From: an uncultured Gemmatimonadales bacterium
GTDB taxonomy: Bacteria > Gemmatimonadota > Gemmatimonadetes > Gemmatimonadales > Gemmatimonadaceae
Direction: 5' to 3'
Assembly: GCA_963707505.1 (NCBI GenBank)
Contig: CAVPQB010000004.1
Coordinates: 416,001 to 480,000 of the forward strand
Length of the DNA stretch: 64,000 bases
Made by a program: the position numbers and the translations under genes. Shown here one piece after another: positions 1 through 9,367 of this stretch (the first letter of the stretch is position 1; every line of letters begins with the position of its first letter). The notes under the pieces were generated by a model. That model was not told the DNA's origin and ran no database searches. It worked only from the letters and a program-made list of their open reading frames with translations.

Positions 1-2
1 GT

Positions 3-338
3 GTTCCGCGCCGCGCCGAGGTCGAGCCGCTGGTGCAGCTGGTCGCGCCATTCGCTCCGCATCTCGCCGAGGAGCTGTGGGAGCAGCTCGGCCACGACGG
101 CAGCGTATTTGATTCACGCTGGCCGGAGTTCGACCAGTCGTTGCTCGTCGACGACGAGATCGACCTGGTGGTTCAGGTGAATGGAAAGGTGCGCGGCAAG
201 ATCCGTGTTGCGCGTGATGTCACGCAGGAATCCGCGCTTGCGGCAGCGATGCACAACGCCACGATCGCGAAGTTCATCGCGTCGACGCCGAAGAAGGTAG
301 TGTTCGTGCCGGGGCGATTGCTAAACGTCGTGGTGTAG
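3..338 (+). CDS. leuS: Leucyl-tRNA synthetase, C-terminal fragment (5' truncated by window edge)
   Basis: Motifs PFAPHLAEELWEQLG, VVQVNGKVRG and terminal KKVVFVPGRLLNVVV are typical of the LeuRS C-terminus. Confidence 0.95.
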   Translation, partial: VPRRAEVEPLVQLVAPFAPHLAEELWEQLGHDGSVFDSRWPEFDQSLLVDDEIDLVVQVNGKVRGKIRVARDVTQESALAAAMHNATIAKFIASTPKKVVFVPGRLLNVVV

Positions 339-422
339 CCATTCATAGCGGCGCGTTGTGACGGCGCCCACCCACCGGCCGCGATGCCTCGCGGCTGTGG
401 GGCACGGATGCATCCATGCCTG

Positions 423-2181
423 TCAGTGCCTCTGAAACTCCGGCGCACCAAGTGCAAGACCGACTAGCTGCGCCAGTTGATTCTGATTCGCTCGCGCAGC
501 GTTCGGTCCGGGTCCTACCATCGGATTGTTGCCTTCGTTCAGAATGTGTCGCGTTTGCGGCGACACGTCGCCACCGAACAGAATCGACACGAGACTATCT
601 ACCTGCACCTGGCGCGGCGCGCTCACAAGTGCCGTCGCGGGTGGCCAGGTCTTGAGTGATGCACCTGGTATCTGACCCGCAGCGACCTGTATCCCGAAAT
701 TGATCCGATTGAGAATGGCCCCCGTGTTGAGCCACGCATCTCCAGTCTCGGGATAACCGTCCGGCGCTATGTGTCCCCACAACGGCTCTCCGAGGCGCGC
801 GACTGCCTGCACGTCACGCTGAAGCGTGTCGGGAGTTGCGTCCAGCGCGCGCAGTGTGCCGACGACGACTTCGAACGGTGACTTCACCTTCGCGCGATAC
901 GCGGATGTTGCGAAGAACTCCGGCGACCCTATGATTGTGCGCATGACTTCCGCGATGTTGCCGTTCGTTCGCGTGAACGTCGCAGCCGCGCGGTTGACGA
1001 GCTCCGTCGACGGAGAATCGCTCACGAATCTACGGCAGAGTTTCAGCGCGATGAAGTGCGCGGTTGCCGGTCGAGCAGCGAGGATGTCAAGCAGCCGCTC
1101 GCCTTCGGCCTCTCCAAATCCTGCTGGAAAATCGTAGCCGAGGAACCTCTTCTGGCCGGCGTCATGCATTCCGGCGTTGAAGTAGAAGGTGCCGACATGG
1201 TTCGGGTCACGAATTGTCCAGCCAGTCAGAATTCGCGCCGCTTCGATGACGTCTTCCTGCGTGTAGCCGCCGTCGACGCCGAGCGTGTGGAGCTCCATCA
1301 ACTCGCGTCCGTAGTTCTCGTTGAGTCCTTTGCCGTGCCGGACGCTCGGGCGATACGGAGCAGGGGGACGTGCGTTGGGATTGCCGATCGTGATGCGGCC
1401 AGCGCGGTCGATGAACACCGTGCTCCTCTCCTTCTGCGTACTTCGCTGTCGCGACGGCTCGCGTGCGATACGCATCCACCTCGGCGAGAGTGACACGGTC
1501 GCTGTCAGCCCTGCTGGTCCAGTTGTCCAGATAGAACAGCATCGCCGGAGAATGCGCAACTGCACCGAGCAACGTGCGGAAGTTGCCGAGCGAATGCGCG
1601 CGCACCGAGTCATCGAACTGGACCAGCATGTACCGATCGGCACCCTTGTCCGCGAAGATGGAGAAGTGGTTTTCCCAGAAATCGGTCATCACTTCGCGAA
1701 GCTGCCGCTCACTGAGAACGGCGCGTGCAACCTTCGCTTCACGAAGATTCGTAATTACCTGATTCGATGCCCTGTCGGCTGCACGAATCGCCGCGGTATC
1801 GGGGGATACGCCTCCTGCCTTGCGCAAATCGCCAGGGGCACCGTAGATGCGCGCCAGGCTCGCTTCGTCCTGGAAGATCGACGGATAACGCGAGAGGAAC
1901 TGTTCGGCGCGCTCGTCATCGATCGCGTCGGGTGCGAGCTGCTCGCCGACCCATCTGTCAACGCCAATCTCGCGTACATGAGCGTAGTCTCCCGGACGCG
2001 CGCCGAATGTGAGCCGGTTCACAACCTGCCGAACCTGTTGCTCGCGCGTCATCTCGCGCGGGCCGTCAGCGAGCGGCCGAATGTCGACATGTATTCCGCT
2101 GCTGGTGCAGCCGCACGCCATACACGTAAAGGCAAGCGCCACCCATCGTCCGAACCCCGTGTATGGCACTTGCTGCATCAT
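423..2181 (-). CDS. DUF1800 family exported protein, frameshifted near 1440
   Basis: N-part (1207..2181): signal/lipoprotein-like leader, NRLTFGARP, RQLREVMTDFWENHFSI, HSPAMLFYLDN. C-part (423..1643 frame): NENYGRELMELHTLG, HDAGQKRFLG, KVKSPFE, APEFQRH. The halves join by one frameshift. Confidence 0.85.
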
Positions 2182-2320
2182 GTTCTCCCGATTGGATCAA
2201 CGCACATGTCGAGATTGGACGTGCGCGCTCACAGTCTCGTTAACCCTGACCGGTGATCAGCTTGGCAACTTCTCCTGTACGGTTACCATTCCGGTATGGC
2301 AACCGTTCAGCGCGATATCC

Positions 2321-2803
2321 TCACGAAGAATGGTCGTGTATTATGCGCCACTGTCCGTCACGTCGTCGCATCACGAGACTCGTCGGTCCATGCCCGGTGG
2401 TCGAGTCGCCACGACTCAACCTGTAGTACGCGATGACGTTCGCGAGATCCGGCGCGAGCAGATCGACTTCCAGATTCTCGAACGAGAGTGAATCCTGTCG
2501 CGCTCCACGAGCGAAGCGTGGTGCGTATCGCGCGCGAATTGCATCGCGACCGTGCACCACACCCGTTGGCGTCACGTAAGTAATTCCGCTGCCGGGTTCG
2601 TACGAGTCCATGAAACCATCCAGATCACCCTTCGTCCAGGCGCGCGCGGATGCGTCCATCATACCGGCAATCTCGGACCGCGCCTCGATCCGCTGCGAGT
2701 CCGTCGGATACGCCGAAAAACTGCCGCTGTTACCGGCGACAAGGACGCATCCTGTCGCAGCTGTAACGAGTAACGCGAGCGCTGCGTGCGTGATCTTCAT
2801 CAT
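2321..2803 (-). CDS. NTF2-like / DUF4440 (YybH-like) lipoprotein
   Basis: ATG at 2803 overlaps the upstream stop (ATGA). Leader ending ATGC; AWTKGDLDGFMDSY and C-terminal WRIIHDHSS. Confidence 0.8.
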   Translation of the reverse strand: MMKITHAALALLVTAATGCVLVAGNSGSFSAYPTDSQRIEARSEIAGMMDASARAWTKGDLDGFMDSYEPGSGITYVTPTGVVHGRDAIRARYAPRFARGARQDSLSFENLEVDLLAPDLANVIAYYRLSRGDSTTGHGPTSLVMRRRDGQWRIIHDHSS

Positions 2804-3954
2804 AGCAGATGTGCCACCCATTCTCCCGCGTAGTAGCCGACAGCCGCGACGCCGAGCCCGACGACGAACATGTCGAACCCGGACCGGAATAACCCGCGAC
2901 CAGTGAAAATCGATCTCAATCCGCCAACGAAGAAATGGCTCGCCATCGCGATCACGAACGACGTTATTACTGCAGAACGTCCGGTCAGGAAGAAGAACGG
3001 CAGTACCGGTATCAACGCACCGATTGCAGTTGCGCCTCCGGTCAGCCACGCCTCGCGGAGTGGCGACATGTTGGGCTCGCCGATCTCGAGCTCTTCCCGA
3101 ACCTGCTCGCGGAGCATTCGCTCGGGATCGTGCATGATTTCCTGTGCGAGCTGTTCCGCGACACCGCGCTCCATACCCTTCGCTTCATACATGAGCGCGA
3201 GCTCGTCGCGCTCCACTTCGGGCATGAGCGCGATCTCGTCGCGCTCCATCTCGATCTCGTGCTGATAGACTTCCTGCTCGCTCTTGGCCGCCAGATAACC
3301 GCTCGATCCCATCGACAACGCGTCCGCGATCAGACCGGCGACGCCAGCGACGATCACCATGTGCTGCGGTGATGCAGCAGCTGCTCCGAGCACGCCAGCC
3401 ACGAGACCGAAGTTGGCCGTGAGACCGTCGTTGAAGCCGTAAACCGTGTTACGCAGGAATCCGCCCGATCCCTTGCGATGCCACGGCTCCTCGCTGGTCC
3501 CTGTAATTGCGGAAAGCTCGGTAGCGTGCTCGGCGGATTCGCGCGCGAGCAACAAGGCTTCCGACCCACCCGGTGCACCGCGCGGTGTTGCGCGATGCAT
3601 GTCCATGTATCCCTTTACCTCGCGTCCTTCTTCGGCGAGCAGCATGGGAAGTAGAAACCCGGGTCCAAGCAGCTTGCCGAGCATTGCGAGCAGTCGAGTG
3701 CGCGCGGTGGGTCTGAATTGTTTTGGAGTTCCGCCGTTTTCGCGGATCAGATTGGCCCAGATCTCCAGGTGGCGACTTTCGACCGCCGAGAGGCGGCGGA
3801 AGACATCACTTTTGTGACTATCCTTTTCAAGGTCGGCCAGGATGTCGTACAGGTAGGCCGCGTCGGCCTCGTCCTGCCAGTGGTGCTCGAAGGTATGGAG
3901 GTCGGGCTTTGCGCCGTTCGACGGTGGAACCTGCCGCTGCGCACTTTGTGTCAT
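2800..3954 (-). CDS. VIT1/CCC1 family iron/manganese transporter with N-terminal ferritin-like (rubrerythrin-type) domain
   Basis: N-terminal E/ExxH ligands (DEADA, ESRH, EEGRE, ESAEH); VIT1 motifs RNTVYGFNDGL and SMGSSGYLA. Start 3954 or 3978. Confidence 0.88.
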   Translation of the reverse strand: MTQSAQRQVPPSNGAKPDLHTFEHHWQDEADAAYLYDILADLEKDSHKSDVFRRLSAVESRHLEIWANLIRENGGTPKQFRPTARTRLLAMLGKLLGPGFLLPMLLAEEGREVKGYMDMHRATPRGAPGGSEALLLARESAEHATELSAITGTSEEPWHRKGSGGFLRNTVYGFNDGLTANFGLVAGVLGAAAASPQHMVIVAGVAGLIADALSMGSSGYLAAKSEQEVYQHEIEMERDEIALMPEVERDELALMYEAKGMERGVAEQLAQEIMHDPERMLREQVREELEIGEPNMSPLREAWLTGGATAIGALIPVLPFFFLTGRSAVITSFVIAMASHFFVGGLRSIFTGRGLFRSGFDMFVVGLGVAAVGYYAGEWVAHLL

Positions 3955-4027
3955 GCCGTAATATCGCGCCGGCGTCAATGTTTTTCGACGGGGGCGGCCT
4001 GGGAAGCGCGGATATATCCGCGCCCTA

Positions 4028-4438
4028 CTACATCTTCATCCGTCGCGCGCGGCGCTCGGCGTCGTGCTTTCGCATCTCGGCGCGCAGAGCGTCGAGCTTT
4101 TTCTGCTGGTCGGGATTGAGGACGCGACGAAGCGCGTCCTGGGTGCTGTCGCTGACGAGGTGCGCCAGTGCATCCACCGAATCCATAGTCGGGCGGAGCG
4201 GCTTGTAGATCGCGGAGATCTTCTTCCGCTGAGCGTCCATCAGTGAATCGACGACCGTTCGCTGCGCGGTGGTCAGCCCCCACTCCGTCGCGGTGCGATT
4301 CCAGAAGGTGCGGGAGTCGACGGGTCCGCTTGCGTTGTCCGTGCGCAAAGCGCGGTCGCCGGCTACACCGATGGCGCCGCCAGCGACAAATGCGCCAATG
4401 ATCACCAGAGCCGCGACCAGCTTGGACTGTTGCATCAA
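4028..4438 (-). CDS. Membrane-anchored periplasmic helical protein (Spy/CpxP / heavy-metal-sensor-like)
   Basis: N-terminal TM (GAFVAGGAIG); LTTAQR and LNPDQQKK motifs resemble LTxxQ; third gene of the ECF operon. Confidence 0.6.
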   Translation of the reverse strand: MMQQSKLVAALVIIGAFVAGGAIGVAGDRALRTDNASGPVDSRTFWNRTATEWGLTTAQRTVVDSLMDAQRKKISAIYKPLRPTMDSVDALAHLVSDSTQDALRRVLNPDQQKKLDALRAEMRKHDAERRARRMKM

Positions 4439-4441
4439 GTG

Positions 4442-4837
4442 CTAGTGAGAGGAGATTACGTCGCGGAACGTAGCGCCGCGCGTATCCGGACCGTCACGCT
4501 CGCTCAACGCGCCAGTCGGCACAGTCACCTGTTGCGTGATGCTGGGCTGCGTGGCCGACTCATATGCTGTGCGCAGCTCCTGATCGTGCGCCTGAATCAG
4601 CAATGCGCCCACAACCGTCGCCACGATGATCGCGGCCGCAGCAACGAGACCACCGCGCGCCCAGCTCCCGACCACCATCCACCAGCGCCCTGCGGCAGAG
4701 TCACCGATGCGCGCCATGATGCGTGATTCGAGCACGCTCCAGTATGCGTCCCCGCCAGGCGGCGCATACATGTCGCGCACAGTCGCGATCACCTTGTTTG
4801 GCAGCGGCTCGTCGAGCCTGATCTGGTTATCTGTCAT
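4442..4837 (-). CDS. Putative single-pass anti-sigma factor
   Basis: Directly downstream of the ECF sigma with 1-nt overlap; YWSVLESRIMARI followed by one TM helix. Confidence 0.65.
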   Translation of the reverse strand: MTDNQIRLDEPLPNKVIATVRDMYAPPGGDAYWSVLESRIMARIGDSAAGRWWMVVGSWARGGLVAAAAIIVATVVGALLIQAHDQELRTAYESATQPSITQQVTVPTGALSERDGPDTRGATFRDVISSH

Positions 4838-5388
4838 CAGTCGTTCCTCAAGTCGCGCAACATTCCCCGCAGCCGCTGTCGAGCGTGGTGCAGGTCTGAT
4901 CGCGCCGTTCCTTCCGGTATCCCGAGCGTCTTTCCTATCTCGGAGTGTGCGAACCCTTCTATATCGTGCAAGACCAGCACCGATCTCATCCTTTCAGGCA
5001 ATTGCGCCAGTGCTTCACCCAACCGGCGCCGCAGCTCGTCCGCTTCACCAGGATCACGAAAGCTTCCCGCGAGCGATTCGTGCAGCTCATCAGTTGTACG
5101 TACCTTCCGTCGCCTTGCAAGATCCAGTGCCGCGTTGGCCACGATCCGGTTGAGCCACGGTCCAAACGACTGCTCCAGATTGAATCTGTCCAGCGCCTGA
5201 TACGCGCGGACGAAAGCTTCCTGAACAGCGTCCTCTGCATCTTCGTGCACAGTTACAATCGCTCGTGCAACCGCATACGCACGTTTTGAATGCAACTGGA
5301 CGAGCATTCCGAACGCCGCCTGATCGCCCCGCTGGGCAGCGGCGGTCAGTATCCGCTCGTCAGAAGAATTACGCGACGGCTCGTTCAC
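4837..5388 (-). CDS. ECF RNA polymerase sigma factor
   Basis: Region 2 DAEDAVQEAFVRAY and FGPWLNRIVAN; region 4 EIGKTLGIPEGTARSDLHHAR. GTG start at 5388 is uncertain (ORF extends to 5472). Confidence 0.92.
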   Translation of the reverse strand: MNEPSRNSSDERILTAAAQRGDQAAFGMLVQLHSKRAYAVARAIVTVHEDAEDAVQEAFVRAYQALDRFNLEQSFGPWLNRIVANAALDLARRRKVRTTDELHESLAGSFRDPGEADELRRRLGEALAQLPERMRSVLVLHDIEGFAHSEIGKTLGIPEGTARSDLHHARQRLRGMLRDLRND

Positions 5389-5529
5389 GCGTTGAGTAGA
5401 GGGGCTCGGGGGTGGGGACACCGCCGGGAAATCTAAACCCCGGCGGACCGCTCGCCTGCCCAGCGCCACCACTTACCGCGCTGCTGGGTGTCCTTTTGGG
5501 TGTCGCTATTGGGTGCGCTATTGGCTGCG

Positions 5530-6582
5530 CTACGGTGTCTCTACGTGGACGTTTACCGAGAGGCCCGGGCGTAGAGGATGATCGGGGCATCCTTTCGTTA
5601 CCGCAATGCGAATCGGTACTCGCTGAACGACCTTGGTAAAGTTCCCGGTCGCGTTGTCGGGCGGAAGAAGCGCGAACTTTGCGCCCGTCGCTCCGCTCAG
5701 GCTCTCGACCTTCCCCCGTGCCGTGCAGCCACCGTACGCATCGACGTCGAATTCAACCGGCTGGCCGACCTTGATGTCGTTGAGCTGCGTCTCCTTGAAG
5801 TTCGCTGTCACCCACACGCCGGTGTCCGCCACGATGCTCATGACAGGCTGGCCGGCTGTCACGAGCTGGCCCACCTCGACCTGCTTGCGCGCAACGAGAC
5901 CGCTCGCCGGCGCCGTGATGCGCGTGTAGCTCAACTGCAGCTTCGCGTTATCCAGCGCTGCCTGCGCGCCGCTCGACCGTGCTTCGGCGATTCGCACGCC
6001 GGCCTGCGCGGTGGATATCTGCGAGCCCGCTGTGGTGACCTGGCGCTGCGCTGCGAGCAGTTGCGCTTCGGCGGCCGCGGCCGCAGCCTGCGCAGCGTCG
6101 AGCTGCTGCTTGGATACGATCTGCTTCGCTGCCAGGTCCTTCATTCGCGCCAGATTCGCCTGCGCATTCGTGTTCGCCGCCTGCGCCGCGATCACCTGCG
6201 CATCGAGCTGCGACCGCTGCCCTGATGCGGTGGCCACCTGTCCTTCGGCCTGGCCCTCGGTCGTCTTGGTACCAGCAACGCCCTGTGCCGCCGCAAGATC
6301 GGCCTGCGCCGACTCGACACGAACGCGATACTCGGCGTCGTCCAGCGTTACGAGAATCTGATTCTCGTTCACGTGCTGGTTCTCGTCCGCCGCGACGCTG
6401 GTCACATAACCGCCAACCTTGGCGAGCACCGGAACGATGTGCCCGTCCACCTGTGCGTCGTCAGTGCTCTCGTGACTGCGTGAGTAACTCCACGTCTTGA
6501 AGCCCCATATCGCCGCGATTACCGCAACGACTATGACGATGGGGATGATGATCTTGCGCTTACTACCGGATTCGCTTGCCAT
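5530..6582 (-). CDS. HlyD/EmrA family membrane fusion protein
   Basis: ESTDDAQVDG, WVTANFKETQL and FALLPPDNATGNFTKVVQRVP are EmrA-type signatures. Confidence 0.93.
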   Translation of the reverse strand: MASESGSKRKIIIPIVIVVAVIAAIWGFKTWSYSRSHESTDDAQVDGHIVPVLAKVGGYVTSVAADENQHVNENQILVTLDDAEYRVRVESAQADLAAAQGVAGTKTTEGQAEGQVATASGQRSQLDAQVIAAQAANTNAQANLARMKDLAAKQIVSKQQLDAAQAAAAAAEAQLLAAQRQVTTAGSQISTAQAGVRIAEARSSGAQAALDNAKLQLSYTRITAPASGLVARKQVEVGQLVTAGQPVMSIVADTGVWVTANFKETQLNDIKVGQPVEFDVDAYGGCTARGKVESLSGATGAKFALLPPDNATGNFTKVVQRVPIRIAVTKGCPDHPLRPGLSVNVHVETP

Positions 6583-6602
6583 GTTTACGAGAGAGTGAGT
6601 GC

Positions 6603-7961
6603 TCAGGGAAGGGTCGTGACAACGCCTTGCGCGCGCGCGAGCGCGACGCGAGCCGTCTGGAAATTCGTTTGCGCGTCAATGACTGCGGTACGCGCCGTGG
6701 TGAGTCCCAGCAGGGCCGTGATGACATCCGCGTTACCGGCGACGCCAGCGCGGAAACGCTCGCGCGCCTGCGAGACTTCCTGCTCGGCGAGTCTCAGCTG
6801 TTCCCGCGTCGCCTGCACTTGCTGCTCGGCGGCGTGCAGGTCCAGAATCGCTGTGCTGACGTCCGCGGCCGCCTGCTGCCGGATGTCCTGCTGCTCCACC
6901 TGCGCCTCGCGCACCAGACCTTGCTGCTCCTGAATGCGGCCGGAGCGCCGGAATCCGTCAAGAACCGGCACCGATACCTGGAGGCCGTATTCGTAGGTGT
7001 TCAGCATGTGGTGGACTGACAGTCCATTCATTCCATCGTCGGCGACGAGCGATACGGTCGGCAGGTACTCGGCGCGAATAGCGCTTACCGCCTGTTGAGC
7101 GGCTGCGATACGTGCCTGCGCCTGGAGCAGATCGGGTCGGTTTTGCAGCGCTCGCTCGGTGGCTGCCGCCTCGTCGGTGGTCACGGCTGTGGTGTCCATC
7201 GCGCCGAGTGAATCGGTCAGAACGAGCGGCGTGCGCGCTGGAACGTTGAGCGCACGCGCAAGCGCGATGAGCGTCCTGTCACGCGCAGCGCGCGAGTTGA
7301 TTAGACCGGCGCGTGTCGATGCGAGTTGCGCCTGTGCGCGTGTCACGTCGAGGGCGATACCGGTTCCGGCGTCGAGCTGAGCCTGCGCAACGTTCACAAG
7401 ATCCGCGGCGAGTACACTATCCTCGCCGCGAGCACGGAAATCGTCTTCCGCACGCAGCGCCTGGACGTACGCCAGCGCAGCCTGCGAGCCGGCCTGCTCC
7501 GATGCGACAGTCGCAGCAGCGCTGCTCGCTTTGACGGCCGCGCCAGCGGCGCGGTACCGCGCGAAGGCACTGAAGTTGAACAACGGCGCCGCCACACTTC
7601 CCCGCGCGTCGAGCACGTGAAACGGGCCGAGGATCTGTCCGTTCGGATTGAGGCCCGGAAGCGAGAAACCGAATGACGCGGTGTTGAGCGTTCGAGCGAA
7701 TTGCGACGCTGACGCGTTCAACGACGGCAACAGGTCCGCGCGGCTCTGGCGCACACGCGCCTGTGCCTCGGTGACACGTATCCGCGCCCCCTGCGCGGGT
7801 GCGCTATTGCGAGCCGCAATGCGAGCCGCGTCGCCGATCGACAACGTCGATGGTACCCGCGCCGTGGTCGTGTCCTGTGCCGCCAGCGATTGCACCGCGA
7901 TGCGCGATGCAACGCCCAAGCTCAACACAAGCGCCAGGCGCGTCGTGAATTTGCCTTTCAT
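6603..7961 (-). CDS. TolC family outer-membrane efflux protein
   Basis: Signal peptide from ATG 7961 (TAATG overlap with tetR stop); two OEP repeats (ADLLPSL, AEYLPTV, RFRAGV). Confidence 0.9.
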   Translation of the reverse strand: MKGKFTTRLALVLSLGVASRIAVQSLAAQDTTTARVPSTLSIGDAARIAARNSAPAQGARIRVTEAQARVRQSRADLLPSLNASASQFARTLNTASFGFSLPGLNPNGQILGPFHVLDARGSVAAPLFNFSAFARYRAAGAAVKASSAAATVASEQAGSQAALAYVQALRAEDDFRARGEDSVLAADLVNVAQAQLDAGTGIALDVTRAQAQLASTRAGLINSRAARDRTLIALARALNVPARTPLVLTDSLGAMDTTAVTTDEAAATERALQNRPDLLQAQARIAAAQQAVSAIRAEYLPTVSLVADDGMNGLSVHHMLNTYEYGLQVSVPVLDGFRRSGRIQEQQGLVREAQVEQQDIRQQAAADVSTAILDLHAAEQQVQATREQLRLAEQEVSQARERFRAGVAGNADVITALLGLTTARTAVIDAQTNFQTARVALARAQGVVTTLP

Positions 7962-8596
7962 TATTGAGGTACCGCGCGGAGCGCGGAGAGGTAGAAGTCG
8001 ACCAACTCGTTGTATATCTGTTCGTCCGGCCGGTTGCGAAGGTGTGGGAAGAACTTTCGCTTGCAGCACCACATCGCGCTGGTGCTGAAGAGCGAGATCA
8101 GCATTCGTCCCGCGACCGCTGGATCCAACGCACGAAACTCTCCAGCGTCGATGCCGCGGCGTATTATGCCGGAGAGCAGCGTCTGAGTGCGGGCGATGAC
8201 TTCGGTGCTGTAGAACTCCACCAGATCCGGGAAGTGATGCAGCTCGCTCACGACGACCCTGTAGATCACCGAGAACGCCGGCGTTCGCACGAAATCCCAG
8301 TAGTGCTCCATGAAAGCGAGCAACTGCTCCCGCGCCGCGCCGGTGCCAGGAATTCCTTCGCCTGCGACGATGGCCTCGACGATGGTGGAGCGCACCATCT
8401 CGCGGAAAAGCGCTTCCTTGTTGGGGAAGTAGAGGTATATGGTGCCCTTCGAGACTCCAGCCTGCCTGGCGATGTCTTCCAGGCGTGCGCCGGCAAGGCC
8501 GTGCTCCCCGAAAACCTCGAGCGCGGCGTGCAATATCTGTTGGGGGCGTTCTTCGGGAAGCCGCCGCCAGCGCGGTTCCGTAACTTCTGCGGACAT
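7961..8596 (-). CDS. TetR/AcrR family transcriptional regulator
   Basis: HTH motif ILHAALEVFGEHG...IARQAGVSKGTIYLYFPNKEALF. Confidence 0.93.
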   Translation of the reverse strand: MSAEVTEPRWRRLPEERPQQILHAALEVFGEHGLAGARLEDIARQAGVSKGTIYLYFPNKEALFREMVRSTIVEAIVAGEGIPGTGAAREQLLAFMEHYWDFVRTPAFSVIYRVVVSELHHFPDLVEFYSTEVIARTQTLLSGIIRRGIDAGEFRALDPAVAGRMLISLFSTSAMWCCKRKFFPHLRNRPDEQIYNELVDFYLSALRAVPQ

Positions 8597-8608
8597 AAGT
8601 GGTGTTCG

Positions 8609-8636
8609 GTATGTTACTGACCAGTCAGTAACATAC
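8609..8636. promoter_or_regulatory. Putative TetR operator (13-bp perfect inverted repeat)
   Basis: GTATGTTACTGAC-CA-GTCAGTAACATAC, 12 nt upstream of the tetR ATG. Confidence 0.8.
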
Positions 8637-8654
8637 TCAGGCTCTGCGATGGCG

Positions 8655-9164
8655 TCAACGAGCTCTTGAGCGGCCACGTGGGGACTTTCCGCCGATCCGG
8701 AGGATGGCGTTCCATTCTTCCGGGCGGACCGGCTGCACGGAGAGCCGGCTTCCTTTTCGGAGCAGCTCCATCTTCTCCAGCTCCCGGATGTGCCGCAGGC
8801 CCGGGAGATCGAGAAAGTTCTCGAATCGGTCGCTGGCCCGAACGTCTACCATGTACCAGATCGGATTGGACTCACTGCTCTTGGGGTCATAATGCTCGTC
8901 CGCCGGGTTCCACGCGGAAAAATCCGGATAGCCTTCACGCACGATCTCTGCCGTACCCACTATCCCGGCTGGATCCGCACCAGAGTAATAGAAGAGCACG
9001 CCGTCGCCCTTCTTCATATCGTCACGCATGAAGTTGCGGGCCTGATAATTACGTACGCCGCTCCAGTGGGTCGTTTGGCGGGGTGAGGCCAGCAGGTCAT
9101 CGTATGAGAAGCAGCTTGGTTCGCTCTTGAGAAGCCAGTAGCGGCGGTCCTTCGATTCGGGCAT
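8655..9164 (-). CDS. EVE domain protein
   Basis: YWLLKSEP, WSGVRNYQARNFMRD, YDPKS, RLSVQPV. Confidence 0.93.
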   Translation of the reverse strand: MPESKDRRYWLLKSEPSCFSYDDLLASPRQTTHWSGVRNYQARNFMRDDMKKGDGVLFYYSGADPAGIVGTAEIVREGYPDFSAWNPADEHYDPKSSESNPIWYMVDVRASDRFENFLDLPGLRHIRELEKMELLRKGSRLSVQPVRPEEWNAILRIGGKSPRGRSRAR

Positions 9165-9367
9165 GGTGCGTTCGATTGTTGGTTCGCATTCGGGCCTTGC
9201 GTGGCCGTTCAGAAATCTATGGCGTTCGAGGGGGTGCAGAATGCCTGGCGCCGGTGTATCACAGCCCGATAACACGCGACGCGACGCGACGCGACGCGGC
9301 AGCGGTTTGCAGTTGGCTGTGGCCCGTCGCACGTTACCGTAGATTCAGACGCAACCAATCCCATCCC

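Noticed and set aside
5481..5533. Degenerate 11-12 bp repeats (GCTATTGGGTGC-like) as a CRISPR or iteron array
   Set aside because: Too short and degenerate, with no spacers and no cas or rep genes.
8655..9164. EVE protein as part of a modification-dependent defence system
   Set aside because: Stand-alone EVE domain with no nuclease or ATPase neighbours.
9274..9298. (ACGCG)5 microsatellite as a phase-variation switch
   Set aside because: Short, in GC-rich intergenic DNA and not demonstrably within promoter elements.
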